Assembly (NCBI GenBank): GCA_032718475.1
Contig: JAUCBJ010004415.1
Location: forward strand, 39,761-103,760
DNA length: 64,000 bases
Direction of reading: 5' to 3'
Source of the DNA: Nemertoderma westbladi
Lineage: Eukaryota > Animalia > Xenacoelomorpha
Position numbers and translations under genes: made by a program. Of the stretch, positions 1-12,227 are shown piece after piece. A model generated the notes under the pieces. The model ran no database searches and was not told the DNA's origin. It was given only the letters and a program-made list of their open reading frames with translations. The first letter of the stretch is position 1. Every line of letters starts with the position of its first letter.

Positions 1-2162
1 ACTCACCCACTCCAATAATTCTCCAGAAAAACAGATTCCCAGATACAAACCGAACGTGAACCTTTCCGTTTTTAACGTTGCGGACGAAACGCGATTTTCC
101 CAACCAAAGTTGTTGAGTTATCTATCTCCCAAACTTGCTAAACACGGTCTTGCTCACGTTACAGCCTAGAAATGAGTTCTGAATCCTGAAAAAACAAAAG
201 AGTTAGGTTTTACTTTACGAAAATTTTGTACCGGTACAATATGGTATTTAAACCCTTTTAAACACCGGTATTTAATTCCAAAAATAATTTTACACGCGGT
301 TCAAATCAAATTTTATTTCAAAAAATTAGCACTTAGCTAATCAAATATAAATTTTTACCTCAAAATACAAAATTTTCAAATAACTTTAGTCCTACCGAAC
401 CGTAGTTCAGTAAAACATATTCCTACTAAATTGGAGAGATACGCCTATTCCTACTATCGGAAGAGACGGTAACAATACCTGCAATATCCTACTGTAAAGT
501 TTGTAAATCAAATCATAAATCCGACCTTCTCACCAAAACAGTAAACCCCAAGTAAGCGAATATATTGCAGTATCGATCTCTTTTAACCGGTGAGGCAGAA
601 AACAGTCTACGAGCAGACAAACTTCGATAAAACAAATCCCGCGCAGCGAATCCTAAAATCAGGCTGACTCACTGACGGACTAAGAGGCTCGTATACTTTG
701 CCGCGGTGTGATTTATATGGTTGGGCAAAGGGACGCTAGCTAGGTATAGAGCAGATTTGGAGATGGCTAACTAGCGAGCAAAGTGCAGTAAGGACGAAAG
801 TTAATTTTATATATTTCGAGGTGTAAATAATTTCTAACGCGCGTGTGTTAATTCTGAACGGTCAAAGCAGTTTTGCTCCTTCACATATATAATTACTGGG
901 TACGGTGTGCATTTTACGAATATTCTAATTTTATAACTTGTAGGTCCAATACTCACGAATGATAAGGTTCCTTCCCCTCTTGCGTATTTCCAGGACTCAA
1001 ATTCAGGCATAAGGTTAATACTACGCCCAGAATTCGGCAATTTTAGGTACCAGGTCCCTGATACTAAGAAGAGATGTGTTAGTTTACTACTGTAGGCGTA
1101 CGGGTACTAATAGCTATCCTGGCTCCTATCTAGAATTTTAGTCACCCAGGTAGTCCGGGTAACTTCCTATTAGGGCGTTGGCGGGGACACGGTAGATGTT
1201 AGTATATCCCTGATAGCCTCAATTTATTTGCGCCTAGCGTAAACTGCCCTACCGCCCGAACGGTACAATCCCAATTCAGGTGAAAACACAGCAACCCCTT
1301 AGCCTACAAGTTCTGATGTAACGGACACCGTTGTACGGCAAATAGTCGCACACACACCTGTACTTAGCAAGAGTTAAGCGTACAGTTTGCTGCACCCTAA
1401 CCAATGTGTATGCCTTGTACCGGTGTGCCTACGTCCTATCTGCGTACTAGTATCTGCTCTCTCTCCCTCCCCCCCCCCCGTAGGAATATGAAGGTCTACT
1501 GCGGTTTTCCCTGAATCAAGACAGTACAGTCCCTATGATGTAATTTTGGGCTCACAGCGTGTCACTACGTCTACCTTTGATCTTTTGGTCTTACACTTAG
1601 GTAGCAAGGATCGAACGCTGTCTAACCTTTCAGGCGATGGGCGAATAACACTAGATGGTATTGCGGGTTGTCTCTCGTCTACATTCCCGTGATGTTCCCG
1701 TTCATTGCTGCGGCCCGATCTCTAGCCGGCCATCCTGTCCCTGGGTTTGTTCACCGTAGTGAAACCATATTAAAACAGATAGAAAAGGGCTGAGATGTGA
1801 CTAGTATTTCTGACTTTTATTACAAAAGATATAATAACTATTATACAATAAACAATGTAATCTGAAATAAGACAGAAAGTGAATGATGGATTGAGAGATT
1901 GAGAGTAGATTAGATAACTAATGAACGAATCGCACCTTTATATACTAAATTTGTGCTGCAATCAATCGAGAAAATTCTCGATTGTTCTATAGGTTCTAAC
2001 AAGGTTTTAAAGATAGCTTATTGGTCCAGCTAATATATAACTTGCACGACATTGGTTACAATCAAATAACTACAGCCTTATTGGTACAGACAAATGCAAT
2101 TAATTTGTAGCGGTTAATTTAAATGAGTTGAAATTCTGCACAAAAAATAATTCGCACTTACT

Positions 2163-2228
2163 AGGATTCGAACTCGATACCTACTACACATATAATTTCC
2201 AACGCTCTACCAACTGAGCTACTGAACC
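2163..2228 (-). repeat. tRNA-derived SINE-like head (pol III A/B boxes)
   Basis: Minus strand reads GGTTCAGTAGCTCAGTTGGTAGAGCG (A box) ... GAGTTCGAATCC (B box); the anticodon arm is degenerate and there is no intact acceptor stem. Confidence 0.55.
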
Positions 2229-2871
2229 ACTTGACCGATAGATACACAATAGATAGAACCAATACTAATGAGAACTTAAAGCAATCTTTACAAAGTTAAT
2301 CCGAATAAAATAAAATTTTGAAAATCCACGGCATTTAGGGAATATAATTCTATAGAGGTTATACCTCCGAGAGAGAGAGAGAGCGACAGTGGTGAGGGGA
2401 GAACACTCCCAGAGAGATGGGTGGGCGAGAATTAGGTTATCAGCCAATGGGGGGCAGGCATCCACTGAGTAATATGGCCAAACTAGGGCAGTATATTACC
2501 GGTCGGTGTGTCACATTCATTTACTCAGTTAGTCAGTTTAGCTAGGGCAAAACGGTAACTCTTGTCACTGTCCACTGCCGCCATCATCATTCAACCATAT
2601 TACCGGTACAGCCTTAATCAGTTCATACCAATTGTGCTTATACTTTACATTATATATATTATACATATCAACAATGGTCAGAGTAACTCAATAATACTCT
2701 TTTCACATACACACGGCAGGGACGCATAAACAAGATAACCGGATAAATCGGGATTCTCGGATCCCGTCACAGTGACAAGAACCAGCAGCTGCCCGATACC
2801 GCGATAGTGACAAGAGCCAATTGCCTGAACTAACTGACAGTCACCAGCCACCGACCAAGTAGAGACTAAAG

Positions 2872-4572
2872 ATGAGTCGAGAAGGAGAGACGACACCGCC
2901 GCGGACCCCGGACGGCGACCTAACGATCCGCAAGGCCGCGACGTCACGGTACCGACCCACGATGCCGGATCCGTCGACCATAGGCAATCCGGCAATCCAA
3001 ACGGAGGGGGGCCGTCTACAGCGAGAGGACGAGTCGAGAGAGGAGAGAGACGAGTCGACACACGACGGCGGTCGACGTGCCGATGTCGCCGGCCAGCCAC
3101 AGGCCGAGGGCGATGGACGGCCCACCGGAACGGCGACGGTGGGGCCGCCGGTACGATGCCGGACCCGGAGGGATAGAGGAGACGTTGGCGACGAGGACGT
3201 CGGGGTCAGCGACCGGCTCCGACGAGCCTACAACGCGACCCGAAAGCAACTGAGGGAAGCCAAAGGTGGGGCCAAGATAGATGAGGTAAAGCTAGAGAAG
3301 CGGCTAGGTGAGTCGAATAAACATTTTGATTACTTAGTGCGCTTTGGGCAGGGAGAACTAGCCGATGAGAGAGCGAGAGGGGTTGCCACTGAACTGTTTG
3401 AACTGTGGGAATGTAGGAGTATGGAACCTAGCATAGTGTACGTAGGGCCATACTTAGTCGATGCCCGGGGAAATAAGTTGGTGGGTTGGAGAGGGCTGCA
3501 GGAGGGCGAATCCGAGGTTAACCCCGAGGAGTCGGTCTCGTCGGTCGGCAAAAGTTCCAGGAAGCGGGGGAAAGTTAGTAGGACGGGAAGGCGACGGGAG
3601 CCCGTCGCAACCGATAAGTCTGCTACATCCTCCGCGAAAGTAAGACGGGTGATGGAAATAGATCTGGTGTGCCAGCTCGATCTGGCGGCGCTAGACCAGA
3701 GAGAATTAGAGAGACAGTTGGAAGAAGGGAGTGCGTTATTAGAGAAGGAGAAAGAACTGGCTAGAGAGAACAGAGAGAGAGCCGAAAAGGTTGCGAGAAG
3801 TTTTAAGGAGTGTGAGGAAATAGGGAGGATAGAAAGAAAGGAGCAAGAAGAGCGCGAGGCGGCGAGTGAGGCGAGAGAGCAGAGTGAACGTAAAGAGCGT
3901 GAGGCGAGAGAACAGAATAGACGTGAAGAGCGTGAGGTGAGAGAGCAGAGTGAGCGAAAAGAGCGCGAGGCGAAACGACTGGAGAGAGTTGTGAGAGAGG
4001 CGGAGTTAGCCAACCAAAGTTCACGAGAGGATAAAGAGAGAGAAATAACGGGAAAGTGTATGCGGGATGATATGCACGCCCGGTTGATGGGGCTTATGCA
4101 ATATCAAGCCAAACAGAAGCGCCGACTAGAACTGGCGCAGATGGGGCTGTCAGAGAGCGAGGCTGGCTCGGGTAGTATTTACGAGGAGCCAGGAGTTAGG
4201 GAAACATTTATTAATACCCCACTTACAGGGACCGGACGACAGACCCAAGACTGGTGTGACCACACGGGCGGGGGGGGGGGGGGGGGGGGGGAGGGGGGTA
4301 ATAATGATAATAATACAGTAAATAACGTTAATATTAATAGTACCGTAGTGGATAACCCTAATCAAACTTTTGTTGCAGGAAATAATATTTTGTCCGATAG
4401 TAGTAATTTAAATCTGAGCGGTTTCAATATAAATGTAGGTTCGAATTTACAAAATAATTCAAATAATTTAAATAATAATCTAAACCCGAGTATACAAAAT
4501 AATTCAAATAGTGTAATTACGCTAAATAATTTAATTGACGATTCAAATAATATAATTACACAAAATAACTAA
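2872..4572 (+). CDS. N-terminal Gag-like ORF of the host BEL element (coiled-coil E/R-rich region, N-rich tail), disrupted downstream
   Basis: 566-aa ORF just after the PBS-like site; continuity with BEL gag fragments beyond the nested insertion. Confidence 0.6.
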   Translation: MSREGETTPPRTPDGDLTIRKAATSRYRPTMPDPSTIGNPAIQTEGGRLQREDESREERDESTHDGGRRADVAGQPQAEGDGRPTGTATVGPPVRCRTRRDRGDVGDEDVGVSDRLRRAYNATRKQLREAKGGAKIDEVKLEKRLGESNKHFDYLVRFGQGELADERARGVATELFELWECRSMEPSIVYVGPYLVDARGNKLVGWRGLQEGESEVNPEESVSSVGKSSRKRGKVSRTGRRREPVATDKSATSSAKVRRVMEIDLVCQLDLAALDQRELERQLEEGSALLEKEKELARENRERAEKVARSFKECEEIGRIERKEQEEREAASEAREQSERKEREAREQNRREEREVREQSERKEREAKRLERVVREAELANQSSREDKEREITGKCMRDDMHARLMGLMQYQAKQKRRLELAQMGLSESEAGSGSIYEEPGVRETFINTPLTGTGRQTQDWCDHTGGGGGGGGEGGNNDNNTVNNVNINSTVVDNPNQTFVAGNNILSDSSNLNLSGFNINVGSNLQNNSNNLNNNLNPSIQNNSNSVITLNNLIDDSNNIITQNN

Positions 4573-4796
4573 AATAATATAATCACGCAAAATAATTTAA
4601 TTAATTTGGAAAATGACAGTGATGGTGGTGCTATTAATATAAACGCGGCAAGCTAAGGAGGCCCGGCAAATGAAGGCCTGGTAGGCCATGTAGTTAGTAG
4701 GCAGGAAGGGGCAGGGTTGAGTCAACCCAAAGAGGGCCTGGTAGGCCACGTAGTTAGTAGGCAGGAAGTGGCGGGGTTGAGTCAACCCAAAGAAGG

Positions 4797-6063
4797 TGTA
4801 CGCGCTTTTGAAGACCTTTAGCAGTTTAACCTGCCAAAATTTATATGTCTTTTGGTTTATAAATAGACTTTAGAAGATGACAAATATTTAATACCAATAA
4901 ACACAACATTAGCAGAAGCCAGCCTAGTGCGCGTCCATTCACCCGCTGGATATACCCGGGAGACTGGATTCTGAGGGCTTAGATTATTATTGCAGTGTAA
5001 GCTTACTGGATTGTATTATTCGATTGATCGTTAATAATTAATTTCTGACTAATATTATTTACTTTCGGGAAATATTAACAGTTCCTTTAGGACGTGGCGC
5101 TCTATCTAGGTAAACAGAGATATGACTTATACTAATCACAACGGTAAGTCGGTAAGGCTTATGATTCACGTATGAGGCGCATTCTTTAGGAAATGCTTAG
5201 TTATCAGTCACAATCAGGCACACTACCGGTAACACACAATACTGCCCACTAATTTGCCGACCGTCAATGATTTTTATCATATATAAAGAGAACAGCAACG
5301 GACCAATGTAGTGCTTATCAAATAGCATTAAATTCACTACATACACAATAATATAAGTCGCAATCGCTATATATATAACCCGTCTCTCTAACCTGTAGTG
5401 TATCAAGAAAATTGGGAAATTTGGGTTCTTTATATATGTTCTCCAAATAATATTCAACCAAAACACAACAGTAAACAGCATTAAGACGGTAGGTTAAGAT
5501 ATGATATGACAATATATGACAAGATATGCACTGATTGTTTTGTTATGATATGATAACAGTTATACGCTCTATAATTTAAGCCTACTAATGTTTCTTCTAA
5601 AGTATGAAAACGAGTTGACTCTAGAGCCGTTGTTCCTGGCCTAGATAGCAACAACAACAAAGTATCAAGTAAAAAACAGTAAGACTGAACACTCCTAGTA
5701 TGATCGGCCGAAAGCTCCACATCGACAGAAAAAATCGCTCTGATTGGCTTAAGCTAAACAAAGAACCATGTGGCCAATGGCTGTTTCCATGTCAGCAACC
5801 AGCTGTTAGATCTCGTAATATGAATCATCACGGCTAAGCTGTGAAAGTTATTTGGTGCATTGCAGGTTTTTTGCCTTACCATGTCCGCCAAAACACGTAT
5901 ATAGCAGAATGACTTTTATGTCCGTTAAAACACCTATAACGGTACCTTGCGGGCGAGGGGAATATATATACAGTTAGAGAACCTTTTAGAGTATTCCAGC
6001 GCCTGGGGGGGAAACTGGATTGCGAAGCAAAAGGGCCAGTTATATCCCACAGAAGCGTTTACA
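4797..6063 (-). repeat. 3' LTR of the young BEL element
   Basis: Begins TGTACGCGC and ends TTTACA on the plus strand; matches 20769-22035 except at about 4 substitutions seen by eye; adjacent to the PPT. Confidence 0.97.
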
Positions 6064-6071
6064 CCGCTCCC
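6064..6071 (-). promoter_or_regulatory. Polypurine tract
   Basis: Minus strand GGGAGCGG immediately precedes the 3' LTR; conserved as GGGAGTGG at 44165-44172 in the older relative. Confidence 0.75.
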
Positions 6072-6141
6072 AGAAAATGGGATTTGAGTCTATAAAATAT
6101 ACAAAATCACAGTTTCTAATATACGTAAATACTCTAAACAG

Positions 6142-7590
6142 TTAGTCTTTCTTGCGCGGACGGCGTTTACGCAGTTTCTTAAAGCTAGCCAGAGTCCTTT
6201 TCTCTTTGGGGCGAGCCACTTTACAAAGAGGGCTATAACTCCTGGGTGAGGGGTGCAATATGATTGCATCAGAGGGTGTAGGATTATGGTCGGTGTATCC
6301 GCCAGTCGAAGTACCGGGTTGATTGACATCAACGTCCGGGGAGAGGGGTCTAACGGCTTTGAGAGCTCGTTTCAAGACAGCCGCTCTTACGGGTCCTTTA
6401 CGAGTGGTCTGAACGAGGGCTGTGGGTGGACCATAGGCAGTTAGAAACCTCCGGGGTTTAATGGTCCTTTCCAACTCGCGTTCGCGGGCTCGGTATTCGT
6501 AAGGCCGTCGATATACTTCCTGTAACTCGGGGTGTGAGTTAACAAACAAGTCTCCATAGTCCGGATCCTGACGGATATAATTGATTAAGTTATAGGAATG
6601 AAGGTCGCTAGGATTAACACTCCTGAGAAATTTGCGTACGAATTTGGTTGAAATACATTCTCCAACGCGCTTCAGTAGCTCGTAACTTGATAGGCGTGAT
6701 TTCTGTTCAACCGAAGCGAATAGATAAGGATGGAACGCATAAACTCCTTCGTAAGCGCGTCCGGGATAATAGCGATGGCGAGAATCACAATGTAAATCAG
6801 CGTTCGCTTCCCAAGCTCTGATGTAACGTAGTGTGATCATTTCATCTACGCTTTCCAAATCGTGATTAAAAGGGCAATCGAAACTGGCATGTCCCTTTAG
6901 TTGACAATGGTGACATTGAGTCATAAATTGAGGGCAAACCGCAAAAATGTGCAAGTTATTGAGTCTGCAATATGCACAATAAATTTCCATCACCGGTTGT
7001 TCGTGGAAATAGGAACAGCGGACGTTTGTGTCCATGGGCGTAACATGGTCTCTCGATGCGCATACCCGACAACGTTGCCGAGAAACATAGTTGGCATGGC
7101 GATAATTGTACGCAGTGAGACACTGTGGACCTTGATACCATTCTAGGATGTAATCGTTGTCGCTGTTCCGGGCGCGATAGGCTGAATCTCCTCAGATTCT
7201 AGGCATATTGGTTCGTCTTCCCAGTCTGTTACGAATAGAATTTTCGTGATCTATTCTCGGTTTACCGTTATGACTCCGCTGGGTATGATATTTAAATAGA
7301 ACCATTTCCCTTTCGGTGTCTACATCGTCCGTATCATGTAAATCGATAGGATGGCCGGTAGTTAGGAAGTCCATATACATACTATTACGATGCGTATAGC
7401 GAGCGGTGAATTTTCGATAGTCCAATTCACGCGTAAGTTGCTCTTGGGACATCGGCGGTTCGATATAACGACCATCGTCCTCCGTAATGGTTGGATCGGT
7501 TTCACCGCGTATCAAGCTATCCACAAATGCTTGTAAAGGTAGAGTATATCGCTCCCTGATACCAAGATCATCTTCTATCAACTCCGTCAT
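6142..7590 (-). CDS. Accessory ORF3 downstream of pol (~482 codons, one in-frame TGA at 7192-7194); tandem Cys/His zinc-knuckle protein with basic C-terminus
   Basis: ORFs 7192-7590 and 6142-7035 are in the same frame with 52 open codons between them. Motifs CRVCASRDH...C, CAYC..NNLH....C and CHHCQLKGHASFDC; C-terminal KKLRKRRPRKKD. A homolog is present in the older copy (46765-47425 and 44165-44400). Confidence 0.75.
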
Positions 7591-8413
7591 ATCTGCTATC
7601 TGAGTTTATTAATATCGAAATGAGTTTATGTTTAGGCGAGCGGACGTCGCTGCCTACCTCTCTTTGCCCCCGGACAGTGGGATTCTCAGCGCCGATGTAC
7701 CGTCGTCGCGGTGTTTACGCCAACATGTAGCAACAGCACGACAACGATAACCGGCACAAGTCACTCCACTGTCCGTCCCAAAGGCTTGAATCCACTTTAG
7801 GTTCTTTCTATAGGAGAGTTGGGCTACTTTCACAATTGCGACTAGCTACTGTAAACACACCTTAGCAGTAACATTCACCTATAAACGCACAAATTCCACA
7901 CAACTGTCACCAATTGTACACATACAGGCCATTTGTCCGTTAGTCAGTGCCTTCCAGAATGTCACGTTATTACTGTGTATCTTTGGATACTAACAGTGTG
8001 CTATGTATTCTCTATGCTATGCAATGAGACAAGCTTTCTATTGCTCTTTTAACTTGCTTCTAATTCTAGCGTGGGTGTTGCTATGGTGACATTATGGAAT
8101 GCTAGCGGTAGAATTAGGGTAATTCTCATGCATACAGATCTGGGATGCTATTTAATAATAATTCTTTAATTGTCAATATCCTCTTTATGCATGATTTTAT
8201 TAATTTTATCGGCTATTGACTATATGTTGGAGATTCTCGCACTCTAATACGCTCAATAGGATGAATCTCCGCTCCCATGATCTATTAATTAATGGAATTT
8301 TTGGGAATGTTATAAATTGCACAAAACGACAATTTATAAAATTCATTTAAATATGAATTTAAATTTATTCCCATGAATTTTATTATTTGATGTTAAAATT
8401 GACACAATTTTTT

Positions 8414-8705
8414 ATTCCAGAGCATGTCTGGGGACATAGGATCCTTAATTCTATAAAATTGTCTTTTAAGAGTATCGGTAAGTGCTGCGATATCTTAATT
8501 GACTAGAAATTGTTAACGGATCTGAATTTTTACAGATTTTACTAAATATTAAATTAATATTTAAGATGGGCACCGATCTATTCCAGAACTTGTCTGGTGA
8601 CGTTAACCACTGATTCTAGAATTTGTCTTTCAAGTATATCGGTGGGTGCCGCGATATCTTAATCGACTAGAATTACAGATGGTCAAAAAGTTTAACAGAT
8701 TTATT
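8414..8705. repeat. Diverged ~165-bp tandem duplication in the pol-ORF3 spacer
   Basis: TATTCCAGA..TGTCTGG and GTCTTT.AAG..TATCGGT..GTGC.GCGATATCTTAAT.GACTAGAA occur twice (~8414 and ~8579). Confidence 0.75.
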
Positions 8706-9217
8706 TGCGTTTTACGCTACTGTTAGAGGGACATCACGCTACTATATGTATTATTTAATATAAGGTAGAAGAGCAATATCGCACGAAGCAATGTCAGTGT
8801 GAAGAGGCAAGTCGTTTCCAAGGTCTACCCAGAGCTTGGCTTAGCCGAGACACGAGGATCTGAACTTTGCATTCCTAATACTCTGCCTACCAATAATACT
8901 TGAATATAGTAGTGGCTTTATTGTACTTTAAGAAGTACGGACATTTCATCTTACTGTAGTCACGTATTTATAATATGATACGGACAGTAAGGAAAGAGAA
9001 GAAATTATTTCTCGCCGTCGCACTAAATATATTATAAGTAATTACGTACGTAATAAACACTAATATATTGCACTAATCTACTAAATAATCACTAAAATAA
9101 CATTCTACTAAATAAAATTGAATAAAAACGATTATAATAAAGTACATAATAAAGTTCGCATATAAAAATATAACAAAATAGATAAAATCATATAGTCATA
9201 CACCCACTCCAGACGTA

Positions 9218-12200
9218 TTACGTGGGGGAGTCCCTAGATGTTTGAAGAATTAGGGAGGTGGTCGTGGGAAGAGTGTCTTGCCTTCCATAGTTCCCGGAGA
9301 GTTCTCTGTCTCTTTCCAGTAAACATAAACGACCAACTGGGCGATTGAGTTATTGCGTCTCAAAGATTATGCCTGGCTTCTTGAAATTACGCCGCATGAC
9401 GATGAGTTCTACCGAGCGTACTAAACCATCATCTGAGATGTGGGTCTTGATGATACGACCTGTCTGCCACCGTTTACGTGGGAGGTCTGGATCTACAATA
9501 AGCACCATATCTCCGGCGCTGACGTTTTCTTGCTGCGCAAACCACTTAGTTCGAAGTTGTAGCGTGGGCAGATAATGTTTCTCGAAATGGTCAGCGAAAC
9601 GACGGGATAGCAACTGCATAAGTTGCCAAGTTCGACGGCAGTATTCGTCTCCGTCGGCAATCTCCGATCGTGGGAGCATGGCTACAGGTTTCTTCAGTAG
9701 GAAGTGCGCGGGTGTTAGCGCTTCTAGGGAATCGGGACTCGATGAGACTGGCATAAGAGGTCTCTCGTTGAGATAGGCAGCGATTTCCTCCATTAATGTC
9801 CGCAAAAGTTCGTCGGTGAGATACGCGCGGCATGGCACTATAAAGTGAAATGCGGTTTTGACACTTCGAATTAATCTCTCACAACTTCCTCCCCACCAAG
9901 GGGCGTCGGCAGCGTTGAAGGTCCAGCTAGACGCTGTTATCCTTAGCTGGTCGTCCACCTGTCTTTGGTTCCAGTCCTTCACGTAAGCCTGTATCTCGTT
10001 GTTGGCACCTATGAAGTTCGTTCCTTTATCCGATCTCATGGTATTACTCGTCCCGAAGCGAGCGATCTGTCATCGTAAACTTAAGACGAAGCTGTTGGTA
10101 GATAGATCGTTCACCATATCGAGATGGATGGCTCTACAAGTCATGCACACGAAGATGACACACCATCTCTTGACTATAGTCCTCGCACGATATACTTCAA
10201 TAGGGCCAAATAAATCTACACCAGTATTAGTAAAAGGTGGTTCATAGAAGCTTACTCGTTCCCTAGGTAATTCTGCCTCTCGCTGTGTTAAAGGCCTACT
10301 GAATGCTTTCCTACAGGGTATGCAGTTCCTAAGAACTTGGTTCAGAGCTCTACGGGGTTTATCAAAATAATAGCGAGTTCGAATTTCGCTAAGAATTCGT
10401 TCTCTACCAGCATGATAAAGTTTACCGTGAACGTCTACAATCATCTTGATTTGTACTTCAAGATTTCTAATAAGTATGGGGAATTTGGTGTCAAAGGATA
10501 AGGGCGCATTGGTGAGTCTTCCTCCAACACGTATTAACCCATCTATCATTGTGCTCGAGAATCGATCCCTTAAGCGCATCTGCGGATTTCTCAACAACAG
10601 GAAATACTTTTCGGAATCCTCATAGCATTGCAGGAGTCTCAGTATCTGCTTATTTGTTTCTTCATGCTCCTGGTGACTAATTTTCTCCTTTAGAAAACGA
10701 TCAGATGTCTTATATTTGGGTAAATTTTTAATGACATGAACTTGTGCAGATGTCAATGGAGCGGTATCACTAGTGGTCTTCGTCCTGGAGTAGTGATGAT
10801 GAAAACATCGTCTTAAATATGTGACGGCTTTACAGAGCCGATTCCAGGAACTATAATGATGCATTGCTCTCTGCAGCATGGGTGAGATTCCTTGCGAGAC
10901 GTCTGGTATTCCAGATTTCCAATCTCTATCTCTAATTTCCACAACAGACTTATTTGTGTTGAGGGATTGTGGATCCGAAGCATCATTCCCGGAAGTATGT
11001 AATACAGATAGATCGATAGTCGGTTTAAACAACTTCGATTTACTCGCCCGGGTTTTAGGTTTGACTGTCTCCGCTCCCTTGGCTTGTCTAATCTCTGCCG
11101 TAGTAAGGTGAGGAGGCCATTCATCCTCTTCCTTGCTCAGGAAGTCGGGTCCACCCAACCAATCTGGAGTATCTATCAGTTCCTGTGGAGTTGCTCCCCT
11201 GGAGGCGATATCGGCTGGATTAATCGTACCAGGGCAATGTCTCCATTGATCTATCTTTGTGCGACTAAGAATAATAGCTACTCTGTTAGTAACAAAAACG
11301 CTGAACTGACAGACTTCATTGGTTAGATACTCCAACACGAGTAAAGCGTCGGTCCAATAAACCGTTTTCTCCAGTGGATAGTCGATTTGTTCCGTTACGT
11401 TCCGGCCGATGGCTGTAGCGTATAAAGCCGCCTTTAACTCCGCTCGAGGAACCTTTAACTTGTTGTTAATCAATGCCTTAGAGGTAACCAAGGCGACTTT
11501 GATTCCATCCGGGGTTTCGACTCGCAGATATGCTACTATACCTATTCCCATGTCGCTGGCGTCTCCAAACACATGGAGTTGATAGGAATACGTAGGAAGA
11601 ACATGGCCAAAATAGGTACGGGAAATTATAAAGTTCTCGATGGCAGGTAGAGAATCTTCCCATTTCATCCATTTCTTTAACAATTCTCCCTTAAGCGGAT
11701 CGTCCCATGAGTGGTTTTCAAGCCACATTTGTTGTACTAAACTCCGAGCAATCAATATGACTGGGCTAATAAATCCCAATGGGTCGAAATAAGTGCTCAG
11801 GATACTTAAACAAATCCGTTTGGTCCGAACTGGATTATCTCGCTGTTTGAGCTGAAAAAACAGGATGTCTCTTTCAGTGTCCCACTTCAAGCCAAGCGTC
11901 TTGGTTTCAGGAAGATCGTCCTTTATTAAGTCTAGGTCTTTCGCTCCGCGGTCTTCTACTGGTATCGCTTCCAGAAACTCACGGGAGTTGCTGGTGAATT
12001 TCGTCAGTCGAAATCCACCTCTTTTCAAACACTCTACCGTTCCTTTCGCGACATCTATGGCTTCTTCTACTGATGGAAGGGACCTTAAATTGTCGTCCAT
12101 GTATATATTCCGTTTGATGTTGTCTATCACCTCTTTTGAGAAGGAGTCTCGGTTGTCATTCGCAGTGGTTCGCACCACGGAGCAGGCGTTGGAAGGGCTT

Positions 12201-12227
12201 GATATGATTCCAAAGGCCTGGATGGTC
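9218..12227 (-). CDS. gag-pol exon 2: RT C-half (YMDD), RNase H (Peptidase_A17-type), integrase; premature stops at 10070-10072 and 9350-9352
   Basis: TIQAFGIISSP, NIYMDD, LHVFGDAS, VPRAEL, HH-CC zinc finger, TGVDLFGP, SDKGTNF, APWWGG, LNERP. After the TAA at 9350 the same frame continues LNRPVGRLCLLE, a typical BEL C-terminus, to TAA at 9218-9220. Confidence 0.92.

Noticed and set aside
2163-2228. Functional tRNA gene
   Set aside because: The cloverleaf cannot be completed; it looks SINE-like.
5197-5720. Short ORFs duplicated at 21169-21692
   Set aside because: They are incidental frames inside the LTRs.
8210-8235. Second group I intron in the pol-ORF3 spacer (AACAUAUAGUCA, S-like)
   Set aside because: No suitably placed P7 partner, P3 or P4.
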